Origin: an uncultured Phycisphaerales bacterium
GTDB taxonomy: Bacteria; Planctomycetota; Phycisphaerae; Tepidisphaerales; Tepidisphaeraceae
Length of the DNA: 64,000 nt
Assembly: GCA_963758525.1 (NCBI GenBank)
Contig: CAVWVQ010000003.1
Location: 1,408,001 to 1,472,000 of the forward strand
Direction of reading: 5' to 3'
The notes under the pieces were generated by a model. It searched no databases. It was given only the letters and a program-made list of their open reading frames with translations, and had not been told where the DNA came from. The translations under genes were made by a program, and so were the position numbers. Positions 51,700-62,898 of the stretch are shown in pieces (position 1 is the stretch's first letter; the number at the start of each line of letters is the position of its first letter).

Positions 51700-52028
51700 G
51701 GGGATGCTCCATCTCGCGGCCACAGATGATGGAAACCCCGCCCCGGAACCGGCCCAGAGTGTTCTCGGTGCACCAGAATGCATGGAGATTCATTCGCTGG
51801 GGCGTGCCTTCGGGGCCGATATTGTTCCCTATTGGGAAAATCGGCCGGAAGGTCCATGGTTCAGGATTGGTAGTTTTTCGATGATATCGCTGACGTGGCT
51901 GGCAATGCCCAATGTGCTTGAGCCTACTTCCGCAGCTTCACCAACTTAATCAGTGCCTCAGTCGGCTCCGCGCCACAGCCGACCGCGGAATGGTTGGCGC
52001 GTAGACGGTCCGACGAAGACCACTCAGC

Positions 52029-52174
52029 AGCCGGAACGACCGAAGCCAGTGCGTCAACACGCAACGGACGCTCACTACCGTCACTACCGTCACTGATCAG
52101 GCGCAGTTGGGGGCCAGAGAGGTGGCTCAGTGACGGTAGTGAGCTTGATGACGGTGCATTCCGAGTTGCTGGAA
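52029..52174. repeat. Type B inverted element B3
   Basis: Strong match to B1 over ~140 nt including the AGCCGGAACGACCGAAGCC leader. Confidence 0.92.
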
Positions 52175-52178
52175 GGCG

Positions 52179-52330
52179 TCAATTGCGTCGCCGTCGCCTG
52201 ACTGGGGCTAGCTCGGCAATGACGCGTGACAGTTTCGCTGTCTCGACCACCGGCTCCGCCCCGCATGCCCGGCAGATCTGCACGAACTCGATGATGTCTA
52301 CTCTGCTGCCCCGTTTCGATTCGGCCGACA
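52179..52330 (-). pseudogene. XRE-type HTH C-terminal remnant
   Basis: RVDIIEFVQICRACGAEP resembles the E.GERR.D..EF..I...LG tail. Confidence 0.45.
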
Positions 52331-52816
52331 AGGTTTTGCTCGCGGCCGAGGGCATCGGCAATCGCATCGCCATGTCCAGCACAACCACTGATCGTGTTTG
52401 ATTCGATCCGCCAGTTCTCGGCGCGTGAGCCCGTCCTATTCGCGCATGGCTCGTACAAGCGACGGCACCCTGCGGTAGGGCAGAGCGTCATTGCCCTTCG
52501 TGGATATCTCGCCGGACTATCCGCATACGGATTCGACGAAGCGGTGTACAATTGTTTTTCTTGACCTGTCTTTGTCATCAAAGGATACTTGCTTATTGTT
52601 TCGTACCGTTCGCTGTGGCGGGATTTCGGATAAGGGGCCGGTAAGGGGCCGGTAGGTCATGGCAATCCGTAGGCTGGTTCGCAATCGCGGTGAGAATGGC
52701 AGCGCGCGGTGAATTGTTCGGCAAGGTCTCAGTCTCGCGCCAATGAGTTGCAAGTCAGCGAGACTTAGCCAGCGCTGCCGAGTGCGCAATAACTCAACTC
52801 GAAGGGAAGCCAACAA

Positions 52817-54262
52817 ATGAGTCAACGTCCGCAAATCTTCGAACGTGTACTCGTGGCATGTGTCATTGCGACAATTCTAATTCCCGCCATTCTCAGAGCG
52901 GAGGAACCTGACGCTGAGATCATTACTCAGGTGGCCACCGGTGTCGGTGTCGATGAGCAACACGCGGAGGTTGAGGCCCTCCGGGACGCAGTCCAGCAAG
53001 CGGCCGGCTCAATCATTTCGGCTGAGACTCTCGTGAAAAACGATGAACTGATTCGTGATAAGGTGCTCATATACAGCAGTGGCATCGTGAAAACTCACGA
53101 AGTAGTGGGATCACCGACAAAGACGGACGGCGGCTTGGTGCGGGTGACGGTCAGGGCACAGGTCGAGAGACGGGAACTAATCAAACGACTTGAGGGTGCA
53201 TCAATCAGCGTGACCAATGTTGACGGAGGAAATCTGCTGGCAAGGTGGGAGGCGCAACTGAAGAACACGACAGACGGAATTGAAATATTTCGCACAATCC
53301 TCAACGGAGTCAATCCCCGAATTTTACGAGCTGAAGTCGCCGGCGAGCCAAGGATCATCAAGGCCGACCCCACTGACGTTCTGGTTGGTGTGACAGTTCA
53401 TTTCTCAGTCGACCCTGAGAAATACAAGCAATGGCGGGAAGCGAGCGCTCCGTATCTGCGTCGTTTAGCCGTTGATTCAGCCGACTTCGAATGGGGGCCG
53501 GGCAAGGGACTTTTGCAAACACTCGCCGAGGTACAGGCAGATGCACATGGCCTCCTCGGCCATTACCCTCTGAGCCAGCTGCGCATCTCCCCGGAAAGCA
53601 GAAAAGAGGATGCTGATTGTTGGGGCTACGCATCCATGAGTGAGTCCGATATGGGAAAATCACTCGCTTACCCATATTTCAACATGGAGGCGAAGCACTG
53701 GTGGCCGGAGCAGTTTCACCATCCCACAGCGCTGATCGTGGTTGACCGTTTTCCCCGCGGCACCGCACGGATCTACGCGATTCCTCAAGAGCTTTTTGCC
53801 GCACTCGTTCCACACAAGGGCGGTGAGGACGAGAAAAGCACGACACCGAAAATTCGCATACGCTTGTGTGACGGCCTCGGGACGGAAATTTACTCCACCG
53901 AAGCGAGTACACTGTTTGAGGATGATCTCCACCGTTGGACGTCCATATTTAGTGCGACGTCCGTCTGGTTCACCGACCGATACCGCGATGGCGTGCAAAA
54001 TATGCTTCCGATGGACGGGTCGAGAGTGGTGACAGGAATGCTTGCGGAGGAAACCGAGCACGCCAGCCAATTCGCATGGCTAGTTATGCCAGCCCTCGCA
54101 GCGAGAGGTCCGAACACCGCTACGTCTCACGGGATTATGGCGGGCTTCAATTACGAATTTCGATTGAACCTTGCAAAGAACGATTGGACTAGGGTGAAAC
54201 GGATCGAAGTCGAAGTTCTGCAGGGCGCTGCTGGACAAGCAGTCAATCACCCTTCCCCTTAA
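52817..54262 (+). CDS. Secreted protein with FlgT-N/LPP20-like N-terminal domain, paralogue 1
   Basis: Signal peptide; ATGVGVD..ALRDAVQQAAG..AETLVKND..DKVL..SSG. Confidence 0.7.
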   Translation: MSQRPQIFERVLVACVIATILIPAILRAEEPDAEIITQVATGVGVDEQHAEVEALRDAVQQAAGSIISAETLVKNDELIRDKVLIYSSGIVKTHEVVGSPTKTDGGLVRVTVRAQVERRELIKRLEGASISVTNVDGGNLLARWEAQLKNTTDGIEIFRTILNGVNPRILRAEVAGEPRIIKADPTDVLVGVTVHFSVDPEKYKQWREASAPYLRRLAVDSADFEWGPGKGLLQTLAEVQADAHGLLGHYPLSQLRISPESRKEDADCWGYASMSESDMGKSLAYPYFNMEAKHWWPEQFHHPTALIVVDRFPRGTARIYAIPQELFAALVPHKGGEDEKSTTPKIRIRLCDGLGTEIYSTEASTLFEDDLHRWTSIFSATSVWFTDRYRDGVQNMLPMDGSRVVTGMLAEETEHASQFAWLVMPALAARGPNTATSHGIMAGFNYEFRLNLAKNDWTRVKRIEVEVLQGAAGQAVNHPSP

Positions 54263-54447
54263 ACAATCTTCCGAATGAGAAAACGGAAGATAGTAGCGCT
54301 GGCGCGGAGAGAAACCATAGACATCACTAACCGATTACCAGGAACGGCCGCCGTTGCCGCCGACCAAACGCATGAACATGCAACACATCTCAACTCAGTT
54401 CAACGGCACGGGATCGTTCGTACTAATTTGAATTGCGAAAAGGAACA

Positions 54448-55744
54448 CTAATCCAACCTGATGGCCAAGGCATAATAGAACACGGTGCCGTCGGAGCTTT
54501 TCCAGGTTCCGGCTGGCTGCATGCCCTTGACTATCCCATGAACCTTGGCGCTGACGGTTGAATCGTGGACCCGCGACACATGAACGGTGGTCTGGCCGGC
54601 ACTCTTGGTAATTGTCGTGGTATCAACTTCGATCTCGTGCACCACGATCGTTTCCTGGTCGGCAAAGGTAACCGCCTCCCGCTGCGCATGAGCCTGACCG
54701 ACCTTAATCTGCCGAAGGCGCTCATCAGGAGAATCGCCGTCAACTGGCGTGGTACCAACCGCGATGAAATAGCTGGCATCGCCTCCGCGAACCACCGCAG
54801 CCCCACCCATGGACAGCAACAGCCCATCCCTAGCCAGGAGGGCTGCGAATGGCTCTTCGAGATGTGCATTACGGATGCTGCTCGGCGGCGACGTCGGAGC
54901 TGCCGCCGGCTGGCTGGCGGGCCAGCGCCGGCCGATCTCTGCTTGGAACTTCCTCGCCGTTTCGTCACGATGAGTTTTGGCTGCCAATTCGACGAGCGTT
55001 TGAAGCAATTCGCGGGAAGGAGCCGGAGCATCAGGACCTACATCGTAGAGTTGATAGAACAGGTGAATGCTCGACTCGAAATCACCGCGAGTGAGATAAA
55101 AATGACCGAGGCCGTTTAGCGCCTCGATCCGCATCCCCCGTAACACCCGCATCGAGATTGACATGCCAACTCGCCGCCCTTGCGTAGGCGATGGTTTCCG
55201 CATCCTGCACTCCCCGGGCCGTCAGCGCGGCCAGACGTGTCGCAGCTTCCTTGAATTGTTTCGCGTCGAATAACGCGATGGCCTTGATCCGCGCTTTCTT
55301 GGGGTTGAAAACAAGCTGAACGCGGACCCCATCCTTCTTGACGATACCGATGAGAAACAGTCCGGCGCGCTTATCGATCTTATACGTCGCGGCAGTATGG
55401 AAACCGTTGATATCCGCGTGCAGGTCATTGGAGTCCTCATCAACATCGGGATGATCCGCCAGCGCGGCTTGGAGGGCAATGCCACGGCGGGAATCGTTCT
55501 CGGCGATCTGCAATTCCGTCCGCTGATCCTTGCCTGCGCCGAGGGAGTCGATGTCAATGGAGTGGCCCGTAGCCACCCAATAATCTCCGGCAGCCCATGC
55601 GCCGACGCCGTCATACGCTTCGGCGGGTATCACACCTTTGAATGCCGGGTCTTGGGTCAAGACGCCGCCACCTGCGGCGGACGCCACTGTCAACACAAGG
55701 ATCATTGGTGCTAAGCGCGAAATACATACGTACTTTAGCCTCAT
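54448..55744 (-). CDS. Secreted protein with a TPR-like middle region (frameshift near 55135)
   Basis: Signal-like N-terminus; two overlapping ORFs join at GD/RIEALNGLGHFY. Confidence 0.6.
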
Positions 55745-55769
55745 ACGTAGAGAAATGTTGTTCTCAGCC

Positions 55770-56498
55770 TTACTTGAAATCGTCGGCCTCCGGATTGGTC
55801 CTTGTCTCCGGCGCGGCCTTGCCGTCATCCGCGGGGCCATTTTGGTTTGCCCCAGATGACGCTCCCGCAGCCGGATTCCCTGAGCGCTCAATGGCATCGC
55901 GGACGCGTTGCGCCTGCGTCAGGGTTTTCTGTGACAGTCCTACGACCAACGAGAAAGTCTTTTGGTCGTCACTGACTTGAGTTTGCAGGACAATCAGTCC
56001 TCGCAATACCGCCTTCGAATAGGATCCATCTGTATCGACGAACGTTTTGACTTCCGTCCCTTCCTGCTTGACCAGCTTCACAACATTGCCGGCGGCATCC
56101 GTGCTTTTGTCGCCCTTGGTAACAATGCTGCGTGTCGAATTGCTCGCCTCCGTAAACACACAGTTTTCATCCAGCCATTGCGACAGCGCCTTCTTGCACT
56201 GGGTGTTGGCGTCCCGCTCTGCCAATCGCTTGCCCTTGGCGCCGCCGAGCACATCTTCGATTTCCACCGTCGCCTTGACGACGAGCGACTTGAAGCTGCC
56301 ATCAGGATTGGTCTTGACCAAAAGCACACCGTCCGGCAACCCTTTGAGTTCCGAAGCGAGGTCCGTCGCTGGGGCGGGCACATTCGAGGCGGGTTGAGTC
56401 GACGGCTCACCGAGTGGAATCTTGTCCTCCGCCCCTGCTTGCCCAATGAGCAAGGCCGCTGACAACATGCCGAACGCGAAACAATACCTGTACATCAT
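55770..56498 (-). CDS. Secreted hypothetical protein
   Basis: Signal peptide ending AGA; STQPA linker; AAAGG RBS. Confidence 0.65.
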   Translation of the reverse strand: MMYRYCFAFGMLSAALLIGQAGAEDKIPLGEPSTQPASNVPAPATDLASELKGLPDGVLLVKTNPDGSFKSLVVKATVEIEDVLGGAKGKRLAERDANTQCKKALSQWLDENCVFTEASNSTRSIVTKGDKSTDAAGNVVKLVKQEGTEVKTFVDTDGSYSKAVLRGLIVLQTQVSDDQKTFSLVVGLSQKTLTQAQRVRDAIERSGNPAAGASSGANQNGPADDGKAAPETRTNPEADDFK

Positions 56499-56718
56499 GA
56501 TGGTCACCTTTCTGTACTAAGGACCTCAACCGTTTCGTCCCGCGGCCACGTCCACAGATTTGACTTGTCCTGCATGAATTGTGGAATCGCACGAACTCCG
56601 CCACCGGAACGCCCTGTTCGGACAATGATGCTAGCTCAGACGATAGGGAATGCAAAAATATACGCATTATAAATTCGCGGAGAATCGTCATATCTGCCAT
56701 TCTGGACGCTGCCGTGAG

Positions 56719-58184
56719 GGGTGTGGCAATTCTCTGTGGGGGCGGATATGAAGTCAGCGGCTCCGCCTTAACGGCATGGAGGCCGCATGAACCGCGAGCA
56801 GGTCAAACGGGACATCACTGAACAATTTCAAATCTCTCTGGACGCGGTGGAGAAAGCACCGGATGGCAGCTGGATTGCCGCCAGCGAGTGGCAGATTCGG
56901 GAGATTTTCCAGAAGCTGATGGCCGCTTCGTACCAGAAGTTGCTTCAGGCGAAGCTGGATGCCGCCGATCAGGCGGCCTTTTCCCCCTCAGGCCAAGGCA
57001 CCCCCCAGCAAGGGGCAGCGCGCGGTGGACGTGCTCAGCGCCGGAGGTGAAATCCGCCTGAGCCGTCAATATCGCTGGAAGAAGGGGAAGGGGCTGTGTC
57101 CTGCCGACGAGGCGTTGGGGATCGTCCAATCGGATCTTTCGCCGGGAGCCCGGGAATTGTGCTGTCTGATGGCAATTGACAGCGACTTTGAACAGTCCGC
57201 GCAGGACCTCAAACGTGTGGGGGGCATGTCGGTAAGCGAGGAGCGGTTGCGTCAAGTCACCGAAGCAGAAGGCGGCAATGTGCGGGAAACGCGCGACAAG
57301 GGGCAGCTTCCCGCGGCATGGTCGGCTGATGATGCGCGGCTGGCTGACGGTCGCAGCCGCATCTATGTCGGCGTGGACGGGGTGATGGCGCCAGCGGTGA
57401 CACAGACGGAGAAGAACAAGCGTCGCGAGGCGCACCTCGCCCGGCGGCGGCACGGCAAGGGGAATCTCAAGCCTCTGGCGGCGTCCAAAGCCGGCAGCGA
57501 CGAGAAGTTCAAGGAGAAGAAGATCGGGATTTTCTACAATCAGGAAAAGACGCTTCGGCATGCGTTCGCCACGGAGGATACGTCTGAGAAGTTCGGTCCG
57601 TTGCTGCGCAGCTATGCGGCGCAGGTGGGCTTTGAGAAAGCCGACGAGACGATCTGCCTGATCGACGGGATCTATCGGCAGGTTTGCCGGGCGCTGCTAT
57701 GCCTGCAACTGATCCTGCTGGACTTCTATCATCTGGCCGAGCACGTCTATGCGACGGCGCGATGCTGCCTGGGAGAAACCGAAGCCGCCAGAGCTTGGGG
57801 CGCCCAGTGCATGGTGCTGGCAAAGGCGTCGGACGTGAAGGGAATGTTGCTGGCCATTGAGGCGTTGGGAAAGAAGGTGCGATCGTCGGCCAAGAGGAAA
57901 AGCGTTGCGGGGCTGCGGAAGTATATTGAGCAGCGCCGGGAAATACTGGGATATGCCAGGGCACTGCAGAAAGACCAGGACATCGGCTCAGGGCCCACCG
58001 AAGCGTGCTGCAAGACACTGACGCTACGGCCGAAGCGGCCGGGAATGAAGTGGGACAGTGATAACGCGGCAGCGATGATGAACCTTCTGGCCATGCGGGA
58101 AAGCGGCCAATGGAAAGCGTATTGGACCCAGCAGGTTGGCAAGGCTGCCTGATTGAGGAGACCCCACTAAGAATTGCCACACCC
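56719..58184 (+). mobile_element. Complete ISKra4/ISLre2-like insertion sequence (1466 bp)
   Basis: IRL GGGTGTGGCAATTCTCTGTGGGG vs IRR reverse complement GGGTGTGGCAATTCTTAGTGGGG (21/23); direct repeat GCCGTGAG at 56711-56718 and 58185-58192. Confidence 0.93.
56787..58152 (+). CDS. ISKra4-like DDE transposase in two overlapping frames
   Basis: YVGVDG, CLIDG, LDFYH, IGSGPTE, GMKW; frames overlap at TTTTCCCCC (~56979). Confidence 0.85.
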
Positions 58185-58395
58185 GCCGTGAGTGGGAGTG
58201 GTGCTATCGCTGGCTTCACATCCGTCCAATCGTTAGCATACTGTGTGTTCATTTCGGGGAGAGGTCTGCGGCGGCGGCGCCAAGATCTGGAGCGAGCAAA
58301 AACATAAGGCAGAATGAACGCGCGCTTCGATTTCTCTCAGGACACCGATTTTGATCCCGGCGCGATGGTCGTGTTCTCAACATACTGGAGACAAG

Positions 58396-59589
58396 ATGAG
58401 CTTCTACAAGGTCCTTGCCTGTGTCGTCGTCAGCACAGTAACAATGGCGGTAACGGTGCTGTCCGAAGAACTGACAGCACCATCGAATGTCGATCTCGTA
58501 ACATCTGGCGTTGGAAAGGACGAAACGGCGGCCACCAAGGATGCCCTCAGCAATGCCGTGTCTCAGGCGATTGGACAATTCGTGTCTGCGGACACACTCG
58601 TGCAAAACGACCAGTTGGTTCGCGACCAAATCCTCACGTACAGCGATGGATTTGTGGAGCACTTCGACGCCGTTGGAAAGCCGCGTCTGACCGATGGCGG
58701 CCTCGTTTCTGTGACGATCCGGGCAACCGTGCGCCGCAGCAAGCTTCTGGAGAAGGTGAAAGCGTCCAACATCAGCGTGACTGCGGTTGATGGAAAGAGC
58801 CTGTTTGGAGAGGCTGTCACCAAGCAGGAGCAGTGCGCGTCGGCGGTTGATCTGGTCGCGAAGGAATTCAGCGGCGCGCAGCAGGGCTTGATAAAGGTGG
58901 AGGTGGCGGGGAAGCCGACGTATGACGACCGAACGCGAACGGTTAACGCCGCCTTAACTATCGCTATTGACCAAGATGCATACCGCAAGTTCGTCCGACG
59001 TGTCGAGCAAGTTCTGGATCAGACCGCTATTGAGCAAGTCGCAATTGTCGGCGATGGCCACCTCGGCTCCGGTAACCCGCGGGGACTAACATATGTCGCC
59101 GAGGTAAATGCCCTCAAGTTTCGGTGGCCCGGCCGGGACAAGCCGAGTCCCGGGCTGGTGGTATGCGACCGCTTGAGTAACGACCTCAAATCGACAAAGT
59201 GGAAGGCCTATGCACTTGCCCCGGAGATCGTCAAGGCTGTCAGGGACGTGATGGAACCGCTTTCGATCTCCGTTGATCTTCTGGACGAGCACGGTGAAGC
59301 AGTGGATAGCTGCAATCTTCCGCTTAACAAAGCAATCGACCACTACCCCTACATTAGTACTCCGATAAGTTTGGACGGTGATTGGGTAATGGTGGCACCC
59401 GTATCGGGCGGCCACGCGTCCCTTGGAATATGGGCGAATGACGCACAGCGCAGTCGGTCGATTCCTCTCACGTTCTCGTTGAGCCCCGATCAACTTCGTA
59501 CTGTCGCCTCGATTCGCTGCACCGTGGCGGGGTCGCGGGGTTCATCGTCACCCGATGGCGCTACTGGGAAATCCGGGCAATCGAGGTAA
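58396..59589 (+). CDS. Secreted FlgT-N/LPP20-like protein, paralogue 2
   Basis: TSGVGKD..ALSNAVSQAIG..ADTLVQND..DQILTYSDG; GGAG RBS. Confidence 0.72.
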   Translation: MSFYKVLACVVVSTVTMAVTVLSEELTAPSNVDLVTSGVGKDETAATKDALSNAVSQAIGQFVSADTLVQNDQLVRDQILTYSDGFVEHFDAVGKPRLTDGGLVSVTIRATVRRSKLLEKVKASNISVTAVDGKSLFGEAVTKQEQCASAVDLVAKEFSGAQQGLIKVEVAGKPTYDDRTRTVNAALTIAIDQDAYRKFVRRVEQVLDQTAIEQVAIVGDGHLGSGNPRGLTYVAEVNALKFRWPGRDKPSPGLVVCDRLSNDLKSTKWKAYALAPEIVKAVRDVMEPLSISVDLLDEHGEAVDSCNLPLNKAIDHYPYISTPISLDGDWVMVAPVSGGHASLGIWANDAQRSRSIPLTFSLSPDQLRTVASIRCTVAGSRGSSSPDGATGKSGQSR

Positions 59590-59668
59590 CACAGGAAGAC
59601 ACCGCGGAGACCCCGCAACACCGTGCGATTTGACCATTTTGCTTCAGCGGTTGACTGGGGATCGTCAC

Positions 59669-60674
59669 ATGCCTTCGGGAATGAAATTGACGCTGTCGCT
59701 TCTGGTGCTAACGCTGCCGGTCATCGGGACTGCGCCGGTTCTTGCGGACGAGGCAAAAGTCCCGTCCGAGATCGCAATCATTGCCTCGGGAACCGGCGTC
59801 GACGAGAACGCCGCGCTGAAGCAGGCGTTCGAGAATGCCATCATGCAGGCCATCGGCACGATTGTCGATGCCGAGACGGTTGTAAAGAACGAGCAAATCA
59901 TTACTGACCAGGTGCTGACAGCGTCAAATGCGATCATTACGCATTACGACCTCATCGGAGCGCCGAAGGCATCGGGTGGCGTGGTGACGGTCAAAATCAA
60001 GGCAACGGTCCTGAGGAAACAATTGACCGCCCGCCTTGCCGCCGCCAACGTGACCTCCAAGCCAGTGGAGGGGAAGGATTTGTTCGCACAAGCGGTAACC
60101 GACCTGCAGCGCGAAAAGGATGCTGCCGCAATCATCCGGAGGGGCCGGGGTAAATCTCGCTGCAAATGACGATCCGAAGTCGTCGACGCTCGCCTTAGTT
60201 GAGCGCGCCGGCAGATCCAACGTAACGCTGCTGTACTTCGACGATGCCCTGGGACGCGAGATCGTGCAAGCCGCACTCGCTGTGCCCGCCGTGGAGATAC
60301 GACTCAAGGATCAAGCGGAGACGGAGTTGAGCACGTATACGGGCTCGCTGTTGTTCCACAGCACAGACGGCTGGGCTTTTGACGGGCGTGACAGCGTCCC
60401 GGCTGAGGCCCAAATCTGCGTGACACCATTTTTTAATCCATGGATGACGTCACGATATTTAGATTTCGATAATAATATGAATCGAAGGGCCATCGTCATC
60501 GCGCCGTACATCGATTGCAGGATGAACCCCCTCGACGGGAGTTTTCTTCTCACTGCATACGATGTCGAATACAAGTTCGTTGTCCCACTTGAGCGGTTAA
60601 AGCAGCTTAAGAATGTCGAACTCAAGGTTTCTTCGGGGCCTGACCCGCCTGCCCGGCAACCGCTGTTTCCATAA
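59669..60674 (+). pseudogene. Secreted FlgT-N/LPP20-like protein, paralogue 3, frameshifted or internally deleted near 60140
   Basis: ASGTGVD..AFENAIMQAIG..AETVVKNE; lacks the EVAG.P segment seen in the other two. Confidence 0.65.
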
Positions 60675-61188
60675 GTGAGGCGGCCAACTTCGTACAGCAA
60701 TAATTGCGGTGCGCGTGGACTCTGCCCGGTGTGCGGCGGTGAGACAAATTCATGTGAGGTGACCGTTGCTGGTTGCCGCTTCAATTTTCAATTCGGCGCG
60801 CAATATCCATCGCAGATGCCGAACGGTCCTCTTCTCTCCTCTCAATGGTTACGCAAGAGCGAGCCGCTCAACGGGCGGACGACTGTCTCTGGTGTCCCTG
60901 AAGTACCGTGTCCGTTCCGCCAACCCATCTTCACCCAGGGGAATTGACTTGCCAAGAGGGCCCACTTAGAGGTGTCGCATGGAAGCAGCAGCGGTCCGTT
61001 CATCGGCGGAGGTCTGGCGCGAACGCGTTGAGTCGCAAAGGCTGAGGCCTGCGCGGCGATGAACCGCGGTCGCACCCAGCCCGGCAAGCAAAGATCTGGT
61101 TCTACCTTGACTCATCCGCCTCGCCCCGCTGTCCCTGATAGCTAAAGAAGGGGCTCCTCATCGGTTGATCGATGATGAGCCCCCCTGT

Positions 61189-61785
61189 TCATGCCGCCTG
61201 CTTCTGGAACACCGCCCACTCACGCTCGTACCGCCTGCGCAGTTGCGACACCCTTCCTTCTGAGATCGCAAACCGCTCGGCTACGGCCATGGTTCGCTCG
61301 CCGCAGATGAACGCGGCAATGATGTGCCGGTCACGTCGTGTCAGGATCCTCAGCCAGCAGGCGAAGTCGATCCGAAACGCCGCCAGATCCGGAATCGGCA
61401 CCCTGCGGTCTTCGATGGCGATTTGTTTCCAGCCGTCGGTCGCATCGCCTCCGGGGTGGGGGTCGGCGCTGAAGACGCGAATCCCGCGGCGTTTCTGGCA
61501 GGCCGGCGACATGACATCCTTCGGGGAGTCCTGCCTGCCGCCGACGTGCCGGCCACTGCGAACGAAGTTCACCGCGTACTTTGCCAGCATGCTGCCGCGG
61601 GCGGCGTGGAGCTGGCCCTTCGCGGCCAGGCGTTGATAGCTGGCGCAGGCGCTCGCGATGGCTTCCTGGATAGCGTCTTCGCGCTTGTGGGCGGGCAGTC
61701 CGCGGAACTGAATCCTGGCGTGCTCTCGGACAGTGGGCAGGACGGTCATGAAGCCCGCCTGCCAGGTGGATTGGACAGCAGTCAT
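61189..61785 (-). CDS. Sigma-factor-like protein with C-terminal HTH
   Basis: LPTVREHARIQFR..EDAIQEA; VAERFAISEGRVSQLRR. Confidence 0.65.
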   Translation of the reverse strand: MTAVQSTWQAGFMTVLPTVREHARIQFRGLPAHKREDAIQEAIASACASYQRLAAKGQLHAARGSMLAKYAVNFVRSGRHVGGRQDSPKDVMSPACQKRRGIRVFSADPHPGGDATDGWKQIAIEDRRVPIPDLAAFRIDFACWLRILTRRDRHIIAAFICGERTMAVAERFAISEGRVSQLRRRYEREWAVFQKQAA

Positions 61786-62128
61786 GGGACGACTCCCTTC
61801 AGGTAGGGACCGTCCCCGTGTGAGGACGGCCTTGTGGTGAAACAAAGCCGCCCCCGCACGATGCGAGGGCGAAACAGAACAGGTCAGCTGGTGTTCAGGG
61901 CGTTACGACGCCGAGTTCAGTGCATGGCGCTACTCACGACGGTGACATGAAATCTCCTTTGCCCGTGGTGACAGGCGCTATGGAGTTGAGCTTCGCGTGG
62001 CCGCGCATGCAGCCGTGGGCAGCTAACCGGTCCATCTCTATTGACGCGAAAGCGCCATTACTTAAGGACGGCACGCTACGCAGGATGGTGCATTTCTGCT
62101 GCTGCGCCGCTGATTACATATGTCTGAC

Positions 62129-62197
62129 AACCCGCCAAACCCGCCATTCCCACCGTCAAGGTCGAATCGCGTGAAGAATGGCGGGAATGGCGGGTTT
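62129..62197. repeat. Type A inverted element A5
   Basis: AACCCGCCAAACCCGCCATTCCC..AATGGCGGGAATGGCGGGTTT. Confidence 0.9.
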
Positions 62198-62898
62198 CCC
62201 AAGAATGGTGTTGACCAGTGCGAAAGTCTTCGCAGCAAGAGTGCGACGGAGCCGTACCAAAACGCTCGGGGCGCATCTGTGCGGTCGCATCGCCCGGGAA
62301 TGGTCTTACAATGCGCAGCGTGATGGAGTCGACGTCATCGCCGCAATCGGAGAACGTACGCGAAAGCCAAGAGCTCGCCGGACGTAAGCTGCAGCGCGGT
62401 CTCAAGCCGCCGTAGCTTCTCGTCGCAGTGGGGATTCTTGACCTTGCCGCCGCGAACCGCTGTGTGGTACGAGTGTGTACGTTTTGGACGCGATGCTCTG
62501 GGGTTTGGGGAACGAAGTGGCGGGATAGGCCGACGGCAAGACGCAATGATCGTCTTCCGGCAATTTGCTGAGCGGCTGGAATCAATTGGCGATATTCGAT
62601 TTAACGTATCGGAGACCGCGATGATTTGTGAGAACGAACACACGGCAGGGCTTCGGGCGCAGATTCAACAGACCTGCCCGGGTGCCAAGAGCATCGTGTT
62701 CAGAACCGAGCCTATGTCCGGAGGATCAACATACCTCGTTGTGATCGATGGCGCGAGAGGTAGCAGCTTCACGGACTTCGCGAAACGGCGGCCGGCATTG
62801 CCGCGGGAATGTGGCGCCCAGCCGGGCCGCCGAAATAAGACTGGTCGCCCGGCGCGCGACCGATACTGCGGCGGCTTGCACTGGGCGCATGGCGGAAG

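Noticed and set aside
41354..52174. Type A/B repeats as a CRISPR array or integron attC sites
   Set aside because: Spacing is kilobases, there are no cas genes or integron integrase, and no consistent RYYYAAC..GTTRRRY boundaries.
62200..62898. Possible HTH remnant and the 62438-62920 ORF
   Set aside because: No convincing motif, start or RBS; left uncalled.
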